The notes beneath the pieces are model-generated. The model worked only from the letters and a program-made list of their open reading frames with translations, was not told the DNA's origin and ran no database searches. A program made the position numbers and the translations under genes. From positions 157,287 through 221,286 of the forward strand of contig CAVQGG010000001.1 in the NCBI GenBank assembly GCA_963711985.1: a DNA stretch of 64,000 nucleotides. Direction: 5' to 3'. Position 1 is the stretch's first letter. Each line of letters starts with the position of its first letter. Positions 61,314 to 64,000 of this stretch are shown piece after piece. Source of the DNA: an uncultured Solirubrobacteraceae bacterium. Lineage in GTDB: Bacteria; Actinomycetota; Thermoleophilia; Solirubrobacterales; Solirubrobacteraceae.

Positions 61314-63335
61314 TCAGTCGATCAGCGCCTCCAGGCGCGCGTACGCGTCCTCCACCGCGCGCGTGGCGGCCGTGTGGCGCGCTTCGGACTTGGCCGACTC
61401 GTACCGCGTGGCCCAGGCCGCCGGATCGGTCAGCTCCGCTTCCAGCGCCCGCAGCGCGGCCTCCGCCTCTTCGATCGCCCGCTCGGCCTTCTGCTGCGCG
61501 CTCAGCCGGTTCTTGGACGGCCCCTTGCGGCTGGGCCTGGACCCGCCCTTCTTCGCGGTCGCGGCAGCGCTCTCCGCGGTCCCGCGACCGTTGGCGGCGC
61601 CCGCGCGGGACCCCGATGCGTTGGCCACGCCCGGCGACGGCGCGAGCGCGCGACGGGAACCCGCTCCACCCACGGCGCCGGCGCGCCCCGGGGAGGCGGC
61701 CCGGCCGGAGGAGGCGGCCCGGCGCTCGTCGCGCACGCGCACGTACTCGGGCCAGCCGCCGAGGTAGCTGCGCAGCGAGCCGTCCTCCACCGCGATCGTG
61801 CGGGTGCCCACCGCGTCCAGCAGCGCGCGATCGTGGGAGACCAGCAGGATCGCCCCCTTGAACGAGCGCAGGGCGTCCTCGAGCGCCTCGCGGCTTTCGA
61901 TGTCGAGGTGGTTGGTGGGCTCGTCCAGGATCAGCACGTTGGCGCCGGACTGGACCAGCACCGCCAGCGACAGGCGACGGCGCTCGCCGCCGGAGAGCCC
62001 GCTGAGCGGCTTGTCGGCCTCCTCGCCCGAGAACAGGAAGCGCCCGAGCAGCGCGCGCGCCCTGCCCGGGCTCAGCCCGGTGGCGCGCTGGGCCGCCTCC
62101 ACGAGGCTCTGGTCCGGGGAGCCGCCGGCGCCGAGCTCGTCCGCGTGCTGGGAGAGGTAGCCGACCTTGACGTTGTGGCCCGTGCTCAGCTTCCCCGCCG
62201 CCAGCGGGCGGCGACCGGCCAGTGTCTCGATCAGCGTGGTCTTGCCCGCGCCGTTTGGGCCCACCAGCGACACGTGCTCGCCGCGTTCGAGCCACAGCTC
62301 GACGTGCTCCAGCAGGACGACCGGCTCCTCTCCCACCTCGATGCGCCCGTCGAGCAGCTCGAAGATCACCCGCCCCGAGCGCGCCGGTGCCGAGAACGCG
62401 AACTCAAGGCCCTTCCCGTCCCGAGGATCGCGCTCGATCCGCTCCATCCTCGCCAGCTTCTTCACGCGCGACTGCGCCTGCTTGGCCTTCGTCGCCTTGT
62501 AGCGGAAGCGCTCGATGAACCGCTCCATGCGCTCGATCTCCGCCTGCTGGGCCTCGATCGCCCTGCCCAGCGCGAGCTCGCGCGCGGCCTGCTCGCGGCG
62601 CCACTGGTGCCAGGTGCCAGCGAAGAAGCGCGAGCGGCCGGCCTCCAACTCCAGCACCGCCGTGCCCACCGCCTCCAGGAACCATCGGTCGTGCGCAACC
62701 AGCACCACCGCCGCGTCGAGGTCCACCAGCGTCTGCTCCAGCCACTCCAGCGACTCGATGTCCAGGTGGTTGGTGGGCTCGTCCAGCAGCAACACGTCCG
62801 CTCCCGTGGCCAGGGCGCGCGCCAGCGACGCGCGCGTCAGCTCACCTCCTGAGAAGGTGTCCAGGGTCCGGTCCAGGTCCGGCTCGCGGAAGCCGAGGCC
62901 GTGCGCCATGGCCGTCGCGCGGTTGCGCCACAGATACCCGCCGCGGGCCTCCAGTCGCGCCTGCGCGCGGGCGTAGCGGGCAAACGTCGCCTCGTCGCTC
63001 GCGCCGCCGGCCATTTTGGCCTCCAGCTCGGCCAGCTCCGCCTCGATCCGCAGCTCCTCCGCGCAACCCGACAGCAGGTACTCGCGCAGCCCCCTCCCCC
63101 GCTCCCGCGGCGGGCGCTGATCGTGCAGCGCGATCCGCACCCCCTTGGCGACGCTCAGCTCGCCCCGGTCGATCGAGGTCTCGCCCGCGAGCATCCGCAG
63201 CAGCGTCGTCTTGCCCGCCCCGTTGCGCCCGGCGATCGTCATCCGTTCGCGGCGCTCGAGCTTGAACGACACCCCGCGCAGCAGGGGCTGCCCGGCCATG
63301 TCCTTGTGCAGGTCCGATGCGATCAGCAGGGCCAT
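61314..63335 (-). CDS. ABC-F family ATPase
   Basis: Two NBDs (GRNGAGKT, GPNGAGKT), two LDEPTNHLD, coiled-coil tail, no TMs. Confidence 0.94.
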   Translation of the reverse strand: MALLIASDLHKDMAGQPLLRGVSFKLERRERMTIAGRNGAGKTTLLRMLAGETSIDRGELSVAKGVRIALHDQRPPRERGRGLREYLLSGCAEELRIEAELAELEAKMAGGASDEATFARYARAQARLEARGGYLWRNRATAMAHGLGFREPDLDRTLDTFSGGELTRASLARALATGADVLLLDEPTNHLDIESLEWLEQTLVDLDAAVVLVAHDRWFLEAVGTAVLELEAGRSRFFAGTWHQWRREQAARELALGRAIEAQQAEIERMERFIERFRYKATKAKQAQSRVKKLARMERIERDPRDGKGLEFAFSAPARSGRVIFELLDGRIEVGEEPVVLLEHVELWLERGEHVSLVGPNGAGKTTLIETLAGRRPLAAGKLSTGHNVKVGYLSQHADELGAGGSPDQSLVEAAQRATGLSPGRARALLGRFLFSGEEADKPLSGLSGGERRRLSLAVLVQSGANVLILDEPTNHLDIESREALEDALRSFKGAILLVSHDRALLDAVGTRTIAVEDGSLRSYLGGWPEYVRVRDERRAASSGRAASPGRAGAVGGAGSRRALAPSPGVANASGSRAGAANGRGTAESAAATAKKGGSRPSRKGPSKNRLSAQQKAERAIEEAEAALRALEAELTDPAAWATRYESAKSEARHTAATRAVEDAYARLEALID

Positions 63336-63367
63336 CGGCTGCTGATGGTAGGCGTTGAGTTTGTGTC

Positions 63368-63412
63368 CAAGTGTGACCGGGCGGTGGGTCAAGTGTGACC
63401 GGGCGGGTGGGT
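63368..63412 (+). repeat. 22-bp tandem duplication upstream of the ABC-F gene
   Basis: caagtgtgaccgggcgg(g)tgggt twice. Confidence 0.85.
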
Positions 63413-63545
63413 GTTGTCCCATTGCGAATGCTGTATAGCGATCGTTATACAGCCGGCGGGAGGCAGTAGCGAAACTCTGCATCCCGCTCACAGAGCGGGA
63501 TCGCGGAGGGCAGCTTAGCGACGGTACCCCATTCTACGATCGTCG

Positions 63546-64000
63546 TTACCCCACGCGATGAGCGCCGTGTTTGGGTCCGGGCATGCCGACCCCGAGCATG
63601 CCGGGGAAAAGCTCGCCTGCTGGGATGAGCAGCCCGAGGATGATGAGCTGTCCGACGGCCTTCAACTCAAGGACTATCGGGGCACCATCGCCGAGCGTTA
63701 CGTCGGTGGGCGGCTGAGGCTCCACGTCCACGTACGTGTCGGGCGCGACGGTGATCTCCACGACGTATGTGCCGCCTTCGAGGCGATCGTCTCGGGACAG
63801 GATTTCCACCCCGTCGGGTATCAGTCGGGCAGGGGCAGCCTGAACTGTTATTGGGGCCAGGTGCCGGTGCTTGTCGAGGTTCCAGAGGGCGTGGAGCCGT
63901 TGCAGGAGAACGCCGTTCGCTCTCTTGTACGGCTGGCAACTCTCGATGATTGCCACCGCCTGATCGCTGAGGCCAAACAGCGGGCCGTAGCGCGTCTTCC
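63546..64000 (-). CDS. Hypothetical protein, partial (open at the window edge)
   Basis: Frame open to 63998; AIIESCQPY...LHALWNLDKHR motif. Confidence 0.6.
   Translation of the reverse strand, partial: KTRYGPLFGLSDQAVAIIESCQPYKRANGVLLQRLHALWNLDKHRHLAPITVQAAPARLIPDGVEILSRDDRLEGGTYVVEITVAPDTYVDVEPQPPTDVTLGDGAPIVLELKAVGQLIILGLLIPAGELFPGMLGVGMPGPKHGAHRVG

Overview
GC-rich actinobacterial chromosome segment. Gene content and protein style suggest Thermoleophilia/Solirubrobacterales (inference). Core blocks: a MacB-type ABC exporter with accessory exported proteins, a large lytic transglycosylase, secG and ccmE/F/I (1-11.5 kb); ccmG/H, argS, a Ser/Thr kinase locus, gap-pgk-tpiA-gpmI, rapZ, uvrC and an ABC-F ATPase (45.6-63.3 kb). 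An accessory-looking region lies between them. It holds an IS481 with an internal stop, an Fe(III) ABC importer with an IdeR/DtxR-like box, a metal/copper cluster (CopZ, SoxR-like regulator, DUF5134, CopA with an extra C-terminal domain, cytochrome c), an intact IS1380 and tRNA-Gly(CCC). Two items stand out. (1) A translationally coupled operon padR - degenerate ABC ATPase - ABC ATPase - FtsX-type permease - YtpB/DUF2600-like terpene synthase - cis-prenyltransferase - PdxH-like oxidase, divergent from an HTH-only IclR protein: a candidate undescribed terpenoid synthesis/export system. (2) A decayed 2.6-kb integrative element inserted at the 5' end of tRNA-Gly, which appears to supply a copy of the native tRNA promoter. 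About ten genes, including gap, carry small frameshifts that are most likely long-read consensus errors. All calls come from motif recognition by eye; no database searches were run.
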